A stretch of 64,000 bases of DNA from Eimeria praecox (GCA_963920595.1 OY986950.1:3968001-4032000); one strand, 5' to 3'. Counted from the first letter of the stretch, positions 1 through 15,114 are shown. Numbers and translations: made by a program. The notes: generated by a model from the letters alone, not told the origin.

Positions 1-3000
1 CAGTGTAATGCGCCACCCGGCGTCATGATCACTAAGCACTGACATCGCACTCTTCCGCTGCCTCTGAACAGCCCGCCGTCCGCAGCAACGCTACACATTG
101 GCAGTAAGGGGTTCCAGAGCAGACCGCTCTTCGGGGTTTCTACTGCCATAGGACCCTATCCAACAACCGGGACTCTCACGCCCAACCAAACTACGTCCCT
201 AGCACTAGACGCACCTGCTTAATCTGTGCCAAGTGCCGAAGCGATCATTGCCTGATAAAAAGGATGCCAACCGCCTTTAGCACGACAACAACATGCCCAG
301 GCTCACGCTGCAATTACCCACTAAACCCTGACTCGTTAGCAGGCGTTGCCATCACAGGCCCGACCCTGAATTCACGCGGCATCCTTGGTGATACAAAACG
401 CGGTGAAGATGAGTCGGCAACCCAGACTCGCACGCAATGTCAGCACGGAGAGGCTACAACTGCTTCAAAACAAATCCTTCAATGCTACCCAAGAAATTGG
501 AATCTTCCCCCCTCCTCACGGTACAGACTCCTTTCCCTCTGCAGAAGGTATAAGATGCGGCAGATGCCCTAAACTAACCGAAGCTCATGCTCTCTATCTT
601 AATCGCCAGCTTAAATCCCGCTTCATCCCAGCCTTGCAAAGATTCACGGACTTACTTTGACCCGTCAGTTCTGCGTAGCCTTGCAAACTTCTGAGCACAC
701 GAAAAAGCCGTATGCACACCCACAAATAAGCGCGCCCCCTAAGTGGCCTTTCGGCAACACTACGCGCGTGAGCAAACGCTGCCGAGGCATCCTCCTACAG
801 CCTACACATCAAAAGGCATCCTAGTATCGGCCTCCACCCAAGCATTACTAAAGCCTCGCAACACCTCCCTGGGCTTTCCACACAACCAGGATGCACGTAC
901 TTTCTCGTTCTGCACGTAACAGCGACGGCACACAACATTCCCATACTATACGAACTAGTCCCACCTAGGGCCCACCCTCTCCCTATTAGGGTCATTCACT
1001 CTAAGCTCGTGCTATGCACAGCCCTCTAAGCAAGCAACGCCTCAAGGGGCTCCTGGCGGACCCGCTGGCCAAGCATCTGGATCTCATGACAGCCCACATG
1101 TTGGCAGCGCCATCCAGTTGCAATTCAAGCAACCCGTACCACGAACCGGCAACGCTTTGAAGCTGTTTACTGGTGCCTCTCGGTCACAGCATGCAAGCGA
1201 TGCAGATGATTGCCTAACTATGAACAGGCACGCATCGTATGCCAGGCTTTCTGCCCCTACCTCCGAACATTCCTGATGCTTACACCTCATACGACGCTGC
1301 GCACCTAGAGGTATAAGCCTTCAGTCTCTATAGCATCGCATTCCCCACCACTCGACTTGCAGACCTTCTACTCCAACACTGCGCACACTATTGCCTTCTT
1401 GCACAAAGCACGGCCACCTTGCGCTCAAGCAGCTTCCCTGCTCAGTCCCATGCGGAGCCACCCGTCAATGTGAAATCGCACCTAGCGGAGTGCTGGGATG
1501 CGGTTTTCGTGCTCACTGGGGCATTTCCGCCCCAATGCGTTGGAAACCCTCTTGTCTGAACAAACTTGAAATTCAGCAAGCTCCGCAAGCGTTCTGGCCT
1601 GATCCACAAAAGACGAGCCCGTAAGCAGACAATAATATTTCCGATTCAAGTGCACCCACGGCGCGTCATTTTATGGGTCATCCGCAGTCAAGCAGTTGCT
1701 AGAGCCACGTGGTTCGCGGGTCCGCTCCCACGCCTTCTACATGAAGTGCCATCTCACAATGCTACGTAGACTATGCTGAAGGCATTCAGGTTCTATAAAA
1801 TATGTCACAGCATTAGGCAGGATGCCCATATCAGCCGGCAACACGACGGCTAATACGAAAAGGGTATGAGGCACATCCTGTTTCTCCGTCCCACTTCAGG
1901 CCTATGCAAATACATGTAGGGCATGGCTGCGCCGAGGTCCTCCCGGTATCAATGCAGCAGGCTGTACAAGAGCGCACACATGCACCCATGCATCAAGCAA
2001 GCCCATCTGCACTCCCAGGCACTGCCCATCAAATGCCGCCCATCTAAGATTAACCCTTGAGCGCGTACAAGATGGATACGCCTTAACCATGCAAAATAAA
2101 GCATTCTTTCGAATGATCTGGCGCATATTGGAGCAATGCTCGAAACTATCACCAGCCATTTAGGTCAAATGAGTTTTAAACACCTAGAAAAGAGCCCTGC
2201 CAGCCAATCAACCCTCCCCGTTAGCGTAAACCATGTGCGTAAGCATTGTGGAGGCAACTGCGTTTGTGGATGAACTTACGTCCTCGCCCTAAACCATATA
2301 TCGGCATACAGAGCTACAAACACGTACACAGTATGCGCAAACGGCATTCTGGTTCCTTCACTCCGCTGGCTGTCGTCTACCATTCACACATACTGCTGGA
2401 AGAAGAGCCTGAAAGTAAGCCCTTTCTCCGCAATTCAAATCCTCGTGAAAAATTGGCTTCACAAATTATTCTCCGAAAAGGAAGGCTCCGTTGTCCACCA
2501 GCCTCTGCAGTATCTTCCGTCGCTCTGAGCTCGATACATAAATATACAAGAATATTTAGTCCGGCGCAACCTATACAAGGAATCGTGGAGCCTAGGACAA
2601 ATATCAGTGAAGCATGCAAATGCTCCACATAGGGCAGCTTCCCCTTCATGCTCCCCTTACCGCCCCCGAACACCCAACTGGACAAGCGCACTTACCACAG
2701 ATCACCACAGACACGAAGGCTGATCGACACGATAGCTTACATACTTCCACCATGTGCAAGGTTGGGAGGAACACTCGATGCACCAGCCACCCTGGGAACG
2801 AACCGTAGAACTTCAACCGATTTATAAACTCTAAACCCGTCCGATATAATCATTTCATAGTGTGGAGCAGCCCAGCATACCAAAGAAAAACTCGCCCTGT
2901 CATGCCACTAAAGCTGATGAAGGGTCCGCATTGCAGTTCTCGTATAACTGTGACACAAATCAGTTGGCGACTGAAAGCAAATGCCTGTGCAGCTTGCGTC

Positions 3001-6000
3001 GCCACTGAAGCTTGAAAACGTCTGCGAGTGTCCCGCCACTACCGGAGCACTCGAGTCCACCCAAATTCTCTTCTGCAGCATACTGAGCAAGGTTCCCACA
3101 CTACAAATCAACCCCGGGCCCAAATCCAACTTGGGCAGGCAACAACGAGCACCTGCCCTGCAGCATCCTGCTGAACGGGAACACTTAGCCTATGCACCTC
3201 CTGTGCAAGCCAGCTATCGATATGCCCTTGCAGTCAGCGCTTTTCAATAATTGCCACCCCACAGAACCCTCAGCTAGTGATACTGTAAGCTTGCACGTTC
3301 AGAATCCTCTAACACTTTGGACCAACCCCTTGCACCTGGGCGCCACCACTTGCACACAGGTGCTGCAATCCAGAAGGTCTTAAACGAAGAAGTCCACAAC
3401 TGTACCAACGTTAACTTGAGTCCAACCTAAGTCTACGCAAGAACGGCGGGTCCTTACGCAATGCCGAGCCACTCCCAAAATGAGCGGCGAATGCGCTTCT
3501 ATGCAGCCTCCATAAAACAGCACATAGCCGTGCCATGCCCACAAGCCGGCGCTTGTGCGTGACACCACTGCCCAAAACACCTTCTTGCTCAAACCCGAAA
3601 GCATTAATACACCGCGCAAGCTTCATGAGAACTTTTCAGGCCGAGGCTGCTACTCATACAGCATTGGTCCCCTCCCTTGTTACACGTTTTGCCGTACTTC
3701 CAGAGCTGCATGCACCTAAATCTTGGCCCCTGTATAGAATACCGTGCTCGCTACATCCCACCACAGCCAAGGACATTCTCACTCACCGTTGACCGCTGCT
3801 AGTGGAACTCGTAAATGAGCCAAGCCCCTCGCACCGTCACAGCTGCATCATGTAGAACACGCAGCAGCCAATATGCATCAGCGAGCTTCTGCCCAGACTT
3901 CCGGAAAAGCATAAATAGTCAAAGGGAGTGAACGAACGCTTCAGAGCCAAACCCTCTCCATACAGTCACTGAAACGCTTAATTCCTCACACGGATCCACT
4001 ATGGTCCTCAAGGACGATGCGCCCCATAGAAGATGCATGACATATGGGCACCTGCTACAAACGTGGAAGACACTACTGCATCTCCTACGGTCCCTTGCAT
4101 ACCGGTGCAGCAATCGCCAGCGTAAGCGTCTGATATTCTGTTGCCCTGATATAACGGCATGCCTGTCCTTTCGCACGCAAGGCGGCAGGTTATCTCCTGC
4201 CAACCTAATCCAATAACCTCCACACACTGCCCATCCATGCGAAATGCAGAGTCATGAAAAAGCGCTCCAGGACTTGCAACTACAGAATTCCCAGTTGACC
4301 AAACGACGACCTTCGGGCATGCCATGTGCATGCACCCGCACTGTAACAGCACACTTGAAATGCACTGCCCCTGCCGCAGCCTGGCGCTATGCGGCTAGCG
4401 AATTGCTTGACACTTGACACCGTATCAGCAGAAAACGTGCCCCACAGTGCTCACGGCGCCTGCAGAACCAGGACCAACGCAGCCGCTCCGCTTGTGCATG
4501 CATGGAAGGAGCCTTCCAAGCTGCCTATATTATGCAGAAGATCTGCCAGCTTGTTGCCTGCGCTACCTAGCACTTTACACAACCACGCCTATACGAAGGA
4601 GTGCACCTGAGGTGAGCAGAGCTACACTGCGGGGAATTCACGGGCATGAACTGACAGGACGAAAACCGGTGGGCAATGCTCTTGCCATGGCTAAGGCTTC
4701 TTCAGAAGCGGTTGCGTGCTTATCTCCCACTCTGTGCAAAGCGTCCTGCTCTCCACAATTCTGACCACATTCACAGGCTCGCCTAGCCTTCAATTCTCAG
4801 CCAGATACCACCCACTCGATAAGAAGGCAAACGGGATTTGCAGTTCCTTGCGCTCCCTGTCGGATTCAAAGAGGACCGTTCAAAACCCCTTGAGCTTCAT
4901 GTACGCGTGTATGGTTCCTGACACGTTAAGAGGCTTAGCCCGACTTCTTCCAAGGCGTACAATCTTCATCGCACACCAAACCGCCGCCCCCGTTTCACTT
5001 AGTCTTTGTGGAAAAACCTTGCGCTGTGTACCTCTAACGCGTCAACCCCTCCATTCAGACGCACATACACACGAAGCTGCCGGACCCGTCTGGCTGTCGC
5101 GGGTTCCGTGTTACACACAGGCACTCTTCACCAACTTGAATGCGCCATGCACTAGCCGGACACGCAAGAACAGACACCTTAAACTTATTTGCTTCCTTTC
5201 GAGTATTCACCGGATTCAATGAAAACGTGAGTAGACAGAAAGAAAAATCAACACCTTCTCAAGGAAACAACCAACTTCCCCTTGCCGCTCACCTTTGCTC
5301 AATTGGCTCAAATAGTATATCGACTGCGCTGGCAGCCTCGTCATGGTTCATACAACCATAATGGTCTTGCCAGTCAGTATTTCTTGCTCCAGCGGTTCCC
5401 CTTGAACCACGCCGTTCGCGCGCTAGTGAAACTCACTTTCTTCGCCTGATATAGGGATCCACACGCGAAACAAAACTTCACTGTTAAACATTCCGGCTGT
5501 GGCCTGTCTTTTCCCACCCATGCCGTCGCAGCTCATCCTTCAACCACGAAGCCATCCGCACCCTTTACAAATTGAAAGGTCACTCTACGTCCCCTACAAT
5601 ACGCCACACCTGCTCCTTCGCTGGCATCGCAACATCTCCATTCGTCGGAGCTATGGTAAAAATACAGACGACTCCACATTCTAGGCCGCAGAATCCACAG
5701 GAAGCTTCAGGACCGGTTGCCTGGTGAAGGCCGCATGCACCAGTGCACTGGTATGGTTGCAACGCTTTCAATGCACTGCGCATGATTCAGAATCAAAATC
5801 TGTCCCAAGTTCCTTCCTCATGCGGCGATACTGCGAGAAACAGAGATTCACGTCCGTGAGTGATCACACCAAGCGGCGACTGCTCAGTGAACAGCATTAA
5901 CACGTATTTCACTTACATGTAACAGCCACCTTCGCTGCTGACTCCAAACCGTACGCAAAGGACCTTCGGCGCTGCCACATGTACAACCAGTAATGAGAGT

Positions 6001-8729
6001 GAAAGCGACCCGTTCAAACCTCCACACATACGAGGAATGATTTGATTTGTAGCTCACCCACCCGGTAGATGCTCGCCTGATGCACACCCGTCCGTTCACA
6101 CAACAACATGAAAGCCCGCCCCCCCCGAGGCTGTTTACTGGCCACCTACTGCTGCCAGCATGCACTCTCCATACTGCTGCACGTCAACCCGCACAAGCCG
6201 AGTCATTCTGAGCTGCCAATTTCGATGTAAGTAATGCATCACCGAGCCCTTCCCCATTATACACTGGATCTCGAACTGCTATTCGTTGCAGCTGCACTAT
6301 CGTACATAACCTCATCTGCATCGAAAACAGACATTCGACAGGAGTGGAACCTCCGCATGCCAGTCTGGAAGGTTTCCCTCCACACAGAACCAGACGCCTC
6401 CCACTCGAAACAAACATCCCACTCACCATATTTTCTGATCATAAAAGCCCACTTTCTTTAGCTGTGGCCAGCGTCTTAGAAAAGCAACCTGATGTGCAAA
6501 ACGTCAAATGGATCTTCCAGCCATTCTAGCCACACTAGGCACAGTCCCGCGTTCGGCCCATCTCATCAAATCCCGCCACTGTGAGCATGCATGCGTTCGC
6601 TACCTCTCCGATAAGGACAAAAGCTTCCTTGCACCGTGCTCGATCAGTAGCTCAGTCAAGTGCTGTGTTCAAAAACATGGGACCTAAACCTCAGAGGTAG
6701 CGCAAAAGGCAGACCCGGCAAGCTGTCGGCGTGCGGGGCAATCCACGCTCTCCTGCGATGTTCCTATCGAGAGGTTCGTCCACCGACAGTCATGCTTTCG
6801 CACTTCAAATTATACTCCTGGGAATCAATTATGCTGCAATGCACATCCGCTTCCACTCTTAACGCGAGCTTAATTGCATTCCCTCCTGCATCTACCGTGC
6901 GCACAGAAAAACCATCCTTCTCATGTGCTCTAAGCCCTTTCCAATCTCATACAGGTTGCCTTCAAAGCATCACCCGACTAATGCACTCCCTTGCTTGCCC
7001 GGAGGTACAATAGTATGCCGGTGTTAGCAGCAATAAATCCACATACCTTGGCATGACGTGCAGGGAACACCGCACACCGGCCGAAAATGCCAAAACTCCC
7101 TCCCTGCTGAGCTTCTCATCATCATAATACGAACTCGACAGGGATCCCGAACATGTGTTAACCGGTGACAGCAGTATCGCTGACGCTTTACGCTTTGACT
7201 CAAGCAGAATCAAACGCCAGCACACTACATAGCGTCAGTATTCCTAGATCATTCGAAGGGATGCTCAGCCGCGCGTTGCTATACCCAAAACATGCTCATC
7301 TACGCATGCGCTTTCAATGCAAGTTGGACGTGGGACCCATCTCTAGATTTCGTCGTGCGCGACGACCTCGCCGGCCTCAAGGCAGATGCCACAGGACCTA
7401 TGGCTCACCAAAACCAAAGTGCTTGTAAACCCGAGCATATCAGCTGCAGCTGCTCCTTTCCGTGAACGTGAACGTACATCCTCTTCCTAAGCCAGTCACC
7501 ACCACGCCGCAAAACCCCCACTTGCTGGAACCATAAAGCTGAAGTCGCCCTCTTGCTCCCATACGCTTTGTTTACGCAGAGAACACTCCCGCTGTAGATG
7601 CAAGTGGACCATATCCATAGAGATAGGTCCAGAACTGTCCGCCTTCCAAGTACGCTGCAACCGCAATACCTGGCCTGAAGGCCACGCATTGGCTTGCATA
7701 TACGCTATTTACAAAATACTAAGGCGCCTTTTTCTGTCCAAAATCATTGGCCCCTTTTAACACTGCGACATGAATTGCAAGGTGTTTCACAAGCGCAGGT
7801 GAACCCTTAACCCTCGGAAACCAAACTCCTACCCCGAGCACATCTGATCCACCGGCGCATGCGACCAAGGGTTGCACTATTCGCAAAATAAGAGGCATGC
7901 AAGCATACCTGCCACCAACTAAAACCTGGGAAACACCCCATTATTCGTTTAGGCTCGCGTGAGATGCGAGATGAACAGCCTATAGGGCCTACAACTCGTG
8001 TACATGTGTGCAGCAGCTATCAAAGTATCGACGCATAGAAAAACGCAATGGCGAGCCTTCGACCACTCCATCGGAAAGGCAATTCTTCCCCAGCACAACA
8101 AGCAGACTCCCCAAGGGTCTGCAGTATTTTCACGCTCTTAGAGTGCACTACACCCTGGAAGTGTTCTTCTACAACCACTTTTAGCTCGGCCTCTCTTCTG
8201 GACGTAGGACAGGGCACCTCTAGCTCGCCTGAAAAGCACGTGTACGACGTAATACTCCCCAAGGCTCGCAGGCTCATCAACAACTGTAAAGAAGCGCATC
8301 TAATTCCCCTGATCCACTGCGTACTAAGATGACTTCACTAACCCATGCCTGCATTTACATGCGTTGTTACCAAATTCACGCTGCCAACAACGAAACGTGG
8401 ATGCACGTAAGACGCACAAGCTTCACACCACGACACGCGGCAACCTCATTCAGCGATGAAATAAGGATGGAAGCACACCGTCCCCAATGCTGCAGGAGCA
8501 GTCAGACATGAACAGCCTTGCACAACCCTTTCCACACGCATGCACGATGGTTTGGCTTTTCCTCATCAGGCACGAGCATTTGTTCACAAGGTGCACTAAA
8601 CGCACTCCCTTAATCTGTGTTTAATGCATGACGAAAATCACTCCATGATAAGACCAACGTCAGACAGCACCCATAAGCACGCCACCACCGCGCCTAGCCC
8701 CACGCCTATATTATCCAGCGAGCACTACT

Positions 8730-10063
8730 AGGCAGATGAACAAGCGATGCAACACCCACGCACCACACCAGAAAAATCACCTCTGCCCTGTGGCCTCATG
8801 GGAACAGTGAAGGAAGGTGGTACCTTGTACTCAGCCGTTTCACTGCGAGACACCATATCCCTGTCCACGAGGCTGCCACACAGCCAGAGATGTTAGTAAA
8901 AATGAACTATTTATCACGTGAAAAGCATCACGACAACGCTCACGCACGCTACAGCTCACCATGAACATTCCCCATCTTTCTGGCCCTCACCGGCACTCAC
9001 CTCGCGCCAAACATGCCCACGCAAATCCGTGAACACCTAACCGAATTCCCAAATACACGCACAATCTCTTCCTATAGCACAATTGGAGAAGATGCGAAGT
9101 CAACACCTTGATGGGGCCCTCCTCCACCCAACAGCTCAACTGGCACATGCTGCCCATGCAGTTCACGCTTAAATCCATGCCAAAAACGACTTTGGCACAT
9201 GCACCTCTTCAAACAGCCTTGGTCTAATGCACGCGCCCCGCACCTAAACTGCGCCAATACATCTGCAAAGCGTTGCCGCTCCCTAGACTCAGATTCGCAG
9301 CGGCCCACAGAATCTGGGACACCAAATGTTCCACAAGCGCCTATCCTGTCTGCCCCACGTCAACTGCAGTCCAGTGCTCTGCCCATCTGCTCCCGTCACG
9401 AGCGTCCTTGGGAACTAAGTAGTCCCCGGAGCACAAATTCTCAGCCTTGGCTTCTCAGCCACCACATCATACCTACGTGATCTCACCAACCTCGGTGATG
9501 AGTTAGCCTTCACCGAGCAAAGCTCCTCAAGAAAGCAAAGTTGGGCTCAAGGCACCGAAGGTTAGCACACCTCCAAAACTGCAATAGAGAAGCTACGCTT
9601 CCTCCAACGCAATGTGCAACCACCAGAAAACGGGTACTCAGTATCTCCCGCCCCCCAGAGCTAACTCAAACTGCACCCAGTACAAAGGAACGCTAGCCCC
9701 CTGCCCCCTCGTAAGGATGGGCGTAAACGCGCCCACTTCACTCAGAATGCCATCTTGCACCAAGGCAGCATGAAGTCCCTCTGGAGCTGACTGTGCGTCT
9801 TTCAGGAGTGTACGGGTATCACCGGTGCGCTGGTGTGCCTTGAATACCAAACACGCGCGCGTCCACTGCTCACTCCTCAGGCAGCCCTGCCTAGAAACTC
9901 CAGAACGAAAGTCCGCATGGGACGTACAACCTTCGCCACAAGACAGTCCAGAACCATTACCCCCTTCCTATAAAACACTGAGGGGAAAGTGGCCTGGATT
10001 CTTCAGGGGGGGTAGCGAACAAAGCTCAGAAACAAACGCGTACGACACTCTGAATACTGCTGA
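8730..10063 (+). repeat. Direct segmental duplication, copy 1
   Basis: Near-identical to 11953-13190. The ORF track gives the same peptides at 9199/12326, 9638/12765 and 8987/12114 (offset 3127). Copy 1 carries ~96 extra bp at about 8830-8926. Confidence 0.95.
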
Positions 10064-11952
10064 GCGACCATCGGAGGTACTACGCCCCTCAACAATGCCA
10101 AGCGTGTCTGGGGTACAACTAAGGTTCACATCCCCACTGCATGTGCAGGCAGGAAAAGCCTGCAGTTCTCTCTGTCGTAACATGAACAACACCAATGGCT
10201 ATGCCTCGTACACCAAAGCACTTCTGCGTAGGCCCACTTCCTGCTCCTGAGGCATAAATGCTCCCACAGTTTAGCGACCATTTTACAAAACCTAGCGTAC
10301 GCCGCTTCGCGCATCCTGCACATAGCCGCTGCAGCCGTGCACCGATGGGCATGCTTGATATATACTCCTCTGAGAAAAATTAGTCCCCGAAAGTAGCATT
10401 TGTTTGAGTATCCAGATATCCTGTGGCTGTACGCCCCTGTGCCTTAAATGTTTTGGAAGAATTAATGCTCTCCCCCGCATGAGCTCGAATCAGCACATGC
10501 GCAGCTCACCGTAAGCAAGGCTTCAGACAACGGAGCTCGCATTCTTCTCACAGTCAGCCGCATTCCCACAAATAGCCCTCGCCACACAGCCAGCATTCGT
10601 TGTCAACAGTCCACTGCTCATCCATTGTTTGGTGAGCCTATCTCAATTCCCCCAAGCAGACCAGCTCTTCACCGAGTTACCTTACAGTGATAGGGCTGAA
10701 TCCGAACAATACGGCCAAACCCACGTGCAAGACAGGTTGCAAGCATGCAGACTGTAGAACGGAGGTGTGGCATCTCCAGTAGAGTGTGTGGAGTTCTCCG
10801 GAAAGGGCGATGCTCCCCTGCTTTGGTACCAATGAAGTAGTCACGTACAACTTGAGATGTAGCTCGCAGTTCGTTGATAGTCAAGCAAACGTTTAGTCTC
10901 TCTGAAAAAACCAAATATGAGCCAAGCCTGGTGCCGTTCCTGTATGAGCTTTACCGAGGGAAGCCTTCGAGGGGCAAGGGCGCCCTTATGTGCTTCGAAA
11001 GTGGCTTAAGCCCGCAGACCTTAGCACAACTGGCCGCACCACAATACTTACTCCCACAAAGCGCACGTATGGCTTTGCGACGCACAAGCTTGGTTTTAAA
11101 ACAAACGAATTCCTTTCTGCCATTGAAAGCATAGAAAGATGCGCAACGCTTACGGATCCGCCGGTGCAGCCAACACAATCTGCGCACACCCGCACCAATT
11201 CTCTCCACGCAGAACGAGAGAAATTTCCAACACTATCCCTGGGCTTCCTCACGTGGCAGCGCCTTTGCCCCACACCTCACCACTTGCTAAGGCATCCACT
11301 GCCTACGACGCTTAAAGCACGTCACATTTCAGGATCTTCACCGCCACTGACGCAAAACTCCAGCTGGAGTTGTCACGTTAACCCATCGTCTGGGCTTACC
11401 TCCTGCATCTGCGCTCAAACCCGAGCACACCGCAGCCTGGCATGCACAAATGCAGATGGAACTTGACTGCCACGCCGCGCACTCATGTCCATTCTCAAGC
11501 TGAGGTCTTACACGAAGCATGGCTTGTCACAGGTTCCGGCCCAACACTGAACTAACGCTTTGCCCCGAACGACAAAACTGGCCACGTCACGTAAATGAGC
11601 CAACAAAGCCAGGCGGGATGCGCCGCCAGCATGGAAAGGGTACGACTGCATCAATACAGTCTCCCCACTGCTGCCTAGAAGCTTGCAAGCTGTTTGTCTC
11701 CTAACGGTACCGATTGCCTCCCATCTGCGGAAAGCATTGTCGTAGGCATTTGTCCTGAAGGAGACAGAGTACATCCATTCCATCCTAAGGGCATGCTTAG
11801 CCCACACTTCAACCCAATATATTCAAACTCCACAAAGATACGTTAGAGAGATCCGTCAGTTTTGTGCAGCCCCGCAAGTGTCTCAACACACGAATAAACC
11901 CACGCATACACGCGCAAATGCCAGCATTCATTCACGGCCGGTCGGCAACACG

Positions 11953-13190
11953 AGGCAGAAGAACAAGCGATGTAACACCCACGCACCACACCAGAAAAAT
12001 CACCTCTGCCCTGTGGCCTCATGGGAACAGTGAAGGAAGGTGGCACCTTGTATATCACGACAACGCTCACGCACGCTACAGCTCACCATGAACATTCCCC
12101 ATCTTTCTGGCCCTCACCGGCACTCACCTCGCGCCAAAAATGCCCACGCAAATCCGTGAACACCTAACCGAATTCCCAAATACACGCACTGTCTCCTCCT
12201 ATAGCACAATTGGAGAAGATGCGAAGTCAACACCTTGATGGGGCCCTCCTCCACCCAACAGCTCAACTGGCACATGCTGCCCATGCAGTTCACGCTTAAA
12301 TCCATGCCAAAAACGACTTTGGCACATGCACCTCTTCAAACAGCCTTGGTCTAATGCACGCGCCCCGCACCTAAACTGCGCCAATACATCTGCAAAGCGT
12401 TGCCGCTCCCTAGACTCAGATTCGCAGCGGCCCACAGAATCTGGGACACCAAATGTTCCACAAGCGCCTATCCTGTCTGCCCCACGTCAACTGCAGTCCA
12501 GTGCTCTGCACATCTGCTCCCGTCACGAGCGTCCTTGGGAACTAAGTAGTCCCCGGAGCACAAATTCTCAGCCTTGGCTTCTCAGCCACCACATCATACC
12601 TACGTGATCTCACCAACCTCGGTGATGAGTTAGCCTTCACCGAGCAAAGCTCCTCAAGAAAGCAAAGTTGGGCTCAAGGCACCGAAGGTTAGCACACCTC
12701 CAAAACTGCAATAGAGAAGCTACGCTTCCTCCAACGCAATGTGCAACCACCAGAAAACGGGTACTCAGTATCTCCCGCCCCCCAGAGCTAACTCAAACTG
12801 CACCCAGTACAAAGGAACGCTAGCCCCCTGCCCCCTCGTAAGGATGGGCGTAAACGCGCCCACTTCACTCAGAATGCCATCTTGCACCAAGGCAGCATGA
12901 AGTCCCTCTGGAGCTGACTGTGCGTCTTTCAGGAGTGTATGGGTATCACCGGTGCGCTGGTGTGCCTTGAATACCAAACACGCGCGCGTCCACTGCTCAC
13001 TCCTCAGGCAGCCCTGCCTGCAAACTCCAGAACGAAAGTCCGCATGGGACGTACAACCTTCGCCACAAAACAGTCCAGGACGATTACCCCCTTCCTATAA
13101 AACACTGAGGGGAAAGTGGCCTGGATTCTTTAGACTGGGTAGCCAAGAAAGCTCAGAAACAAACGCGTACGACCCTCTGAATACTGCTGA
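11953..13190 (+). repeat. Direct segmental duplication, copy 2
   Basis: Near-identical to 8730-10063, with a few SNPs and a ~96 bp deletion at ~12053. Confidence 0.95.
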
Positions 13191-15114
13191 CTGATAATCG
13201 GATGCGGTGCGGTGCTCAACAATGCCCAGCTTCACGCAGCGAATGCTCATACATGTTGCACATGCAGGCATCAAAAGCTGCCGCGTATGCAACTGTCCAC
13301 CAGTTGAGCATGAAGATGCCAATGCGTATGCACACCAGAGCGGCTCTATGCGGACACATTGCTCCAGCCTGAGACACAAATGGTCCCACAGTTCAGCGAC
13401 CATTCTGGAAATCTAACGAACGCCGTTCCAAGCTTCCTCCACGCAGCCGCTTTAGTTATGCAATGCAACCATGTCTGAGCCACCGTGGGGGAAGGCTTTA
13501 GGCGGCTCCACCAGTGCCTGGACACACAAACGGACCCCTGTTTACAGCTGCTAGCCATCGCACCCGTTTGCGCCGAGGCAGCAGCATCACAAGCACGCTT
13601 TTTACGCCGGCTGCAAACACGCCTCTTTCCCCTGTGCTTACAGCCGTCCAAAAGGCGCAGCTCTACAATCCCGTAAGCACGAACCTCAATCGGCCAAATG
13701 CCGCTAACTGCACCCTTTCACCCTGAAGAACAACCTAATTTCCTTCCAGGAGGCATCCATTTACCTCAACCTTAAAAAACGTTGCATTGCGCCCAAGGAG
13801 AACTTGACAACAAGGCGCACGTACGAGGAACAAGCCAACAAACTCACAAGGAGCATGAGCAACAACACCCATGAAGCATACACCAGGCAGCTGGCAAGGT
13901 CGGCATCGTTTTCTTCGGAGTTGTCGTCTTCAACTGCACTGTCCTTCGGTTTCAAGGGCTTCTTTTGGCCTTGGGCGCAAGCGCACTAATCCCATCACCA
14001 GCGCCTTGATATGAAGCCAGGGCGAGCATTTAGCGTCTCCCGTAGCTACTCAGCGTCAGCGTTTCACGTCTCCATGCAGCCCAACGAGGCGGCTTAATCT
14101 GTGAACCTCCGCTGCTTAGTACTCTTGGCTGCACCTCAATTCACTGTTCGGCGCACTTGCGTGCACGTGACTCAATTTGCTCCCGTGAGGGCCGGCAGGG
14201 CACGCCGAAAAGACCGAGTTTCGAGCGCCCAGCAGGACAGTGCTCGATAACGTTCAGCCCATCCCAAGCAATGCGCACCACAATAATGTCCCGCAAGAGA
14301 GGCACGCCTCTTAGGCATATCAGATACCAAAATTCCACCTCCAAGCAACAGCCAAAGGGCATACCTCGGCGCAAAGGTCGTGAGCTGCCAACCATTTGCC
14401 TAGCTGATGGCCCGTCGAAGCCCGCTGGGATCAACTACATAACTACGGCAATCCTCGCTTGCGTTTTAAATCCGCATAAGCAGCTTTGGTTTGCTACAAG
14501 CAATAAACGGAGATCAACCTCACGGTCAGCCGATGAACGCACGCTCTGCAAAGGCATATCCACCTTCGCCCCCTTGCGGTAGGCATTCAAGGTAAACTGA
14601 CCCAGCAGTCCTTTTACGACTGTTTTCAATGAGGGCTGATAAAGAGCAAAAAATGCTTTGATTCGTTTCCGCCAGAATCCAAATCTGCCAATTATGATGG
14701 GCAAGGGTGCACAACTGTATGCTCCAACTGCCGAAATCAAGGCGCAATACCACGGAAATACTGTTAAAACAACCAGACATTTAGAGGCAACCCGGCCAAT
14801 TTTGTCACCAACCAACTACAGCCTTCGTATCAAGCCGCTCAAACGAATGTGCACTAACTGGGCGAAGAAGCGTAAAAAGCAAGGGCAAGGAAGAAGTGCG
14901 TGCAAATGCAACACACCGGAATTTCCTGCACCTTAATTGTGCGCCTGTCACACTGTTTCGTGAGGCACGTTTAAACGCCGCTCATCACAATTTCTGCTGA
15001 GGTACCTGCGCATTGACTGGTGGATGCTTCCCGTATGGAACTGGAATGCCGGACACTAGTCACTCTCCTGCCCACGAAATTGAACCGCACTCAACTCGAA
15101 GAGGTGAAGCGTAC

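Noticed and set aside
8020..8283. Weak resemblance to the region preceding a gypsy RT domain
   Set aside because: No downstream RT motifs (e.g. YxDD) were found; too weak to call.
8730..13190. The duplicate pair as LTRs of an intact retrotransposon
   Set aside because: No TG..CA termini, target-site duplication or gag/pol seen; the interior is only ~1.9 kb and diverged similarity continues past the boundary.
14141..14815. Two abutting in-frame ORFs suggesting stop-codon readthrough
   Set aside because: No recognisable domain; chance, or unresolved exons of the 15.1-15.5 kb gene, is equally likely.
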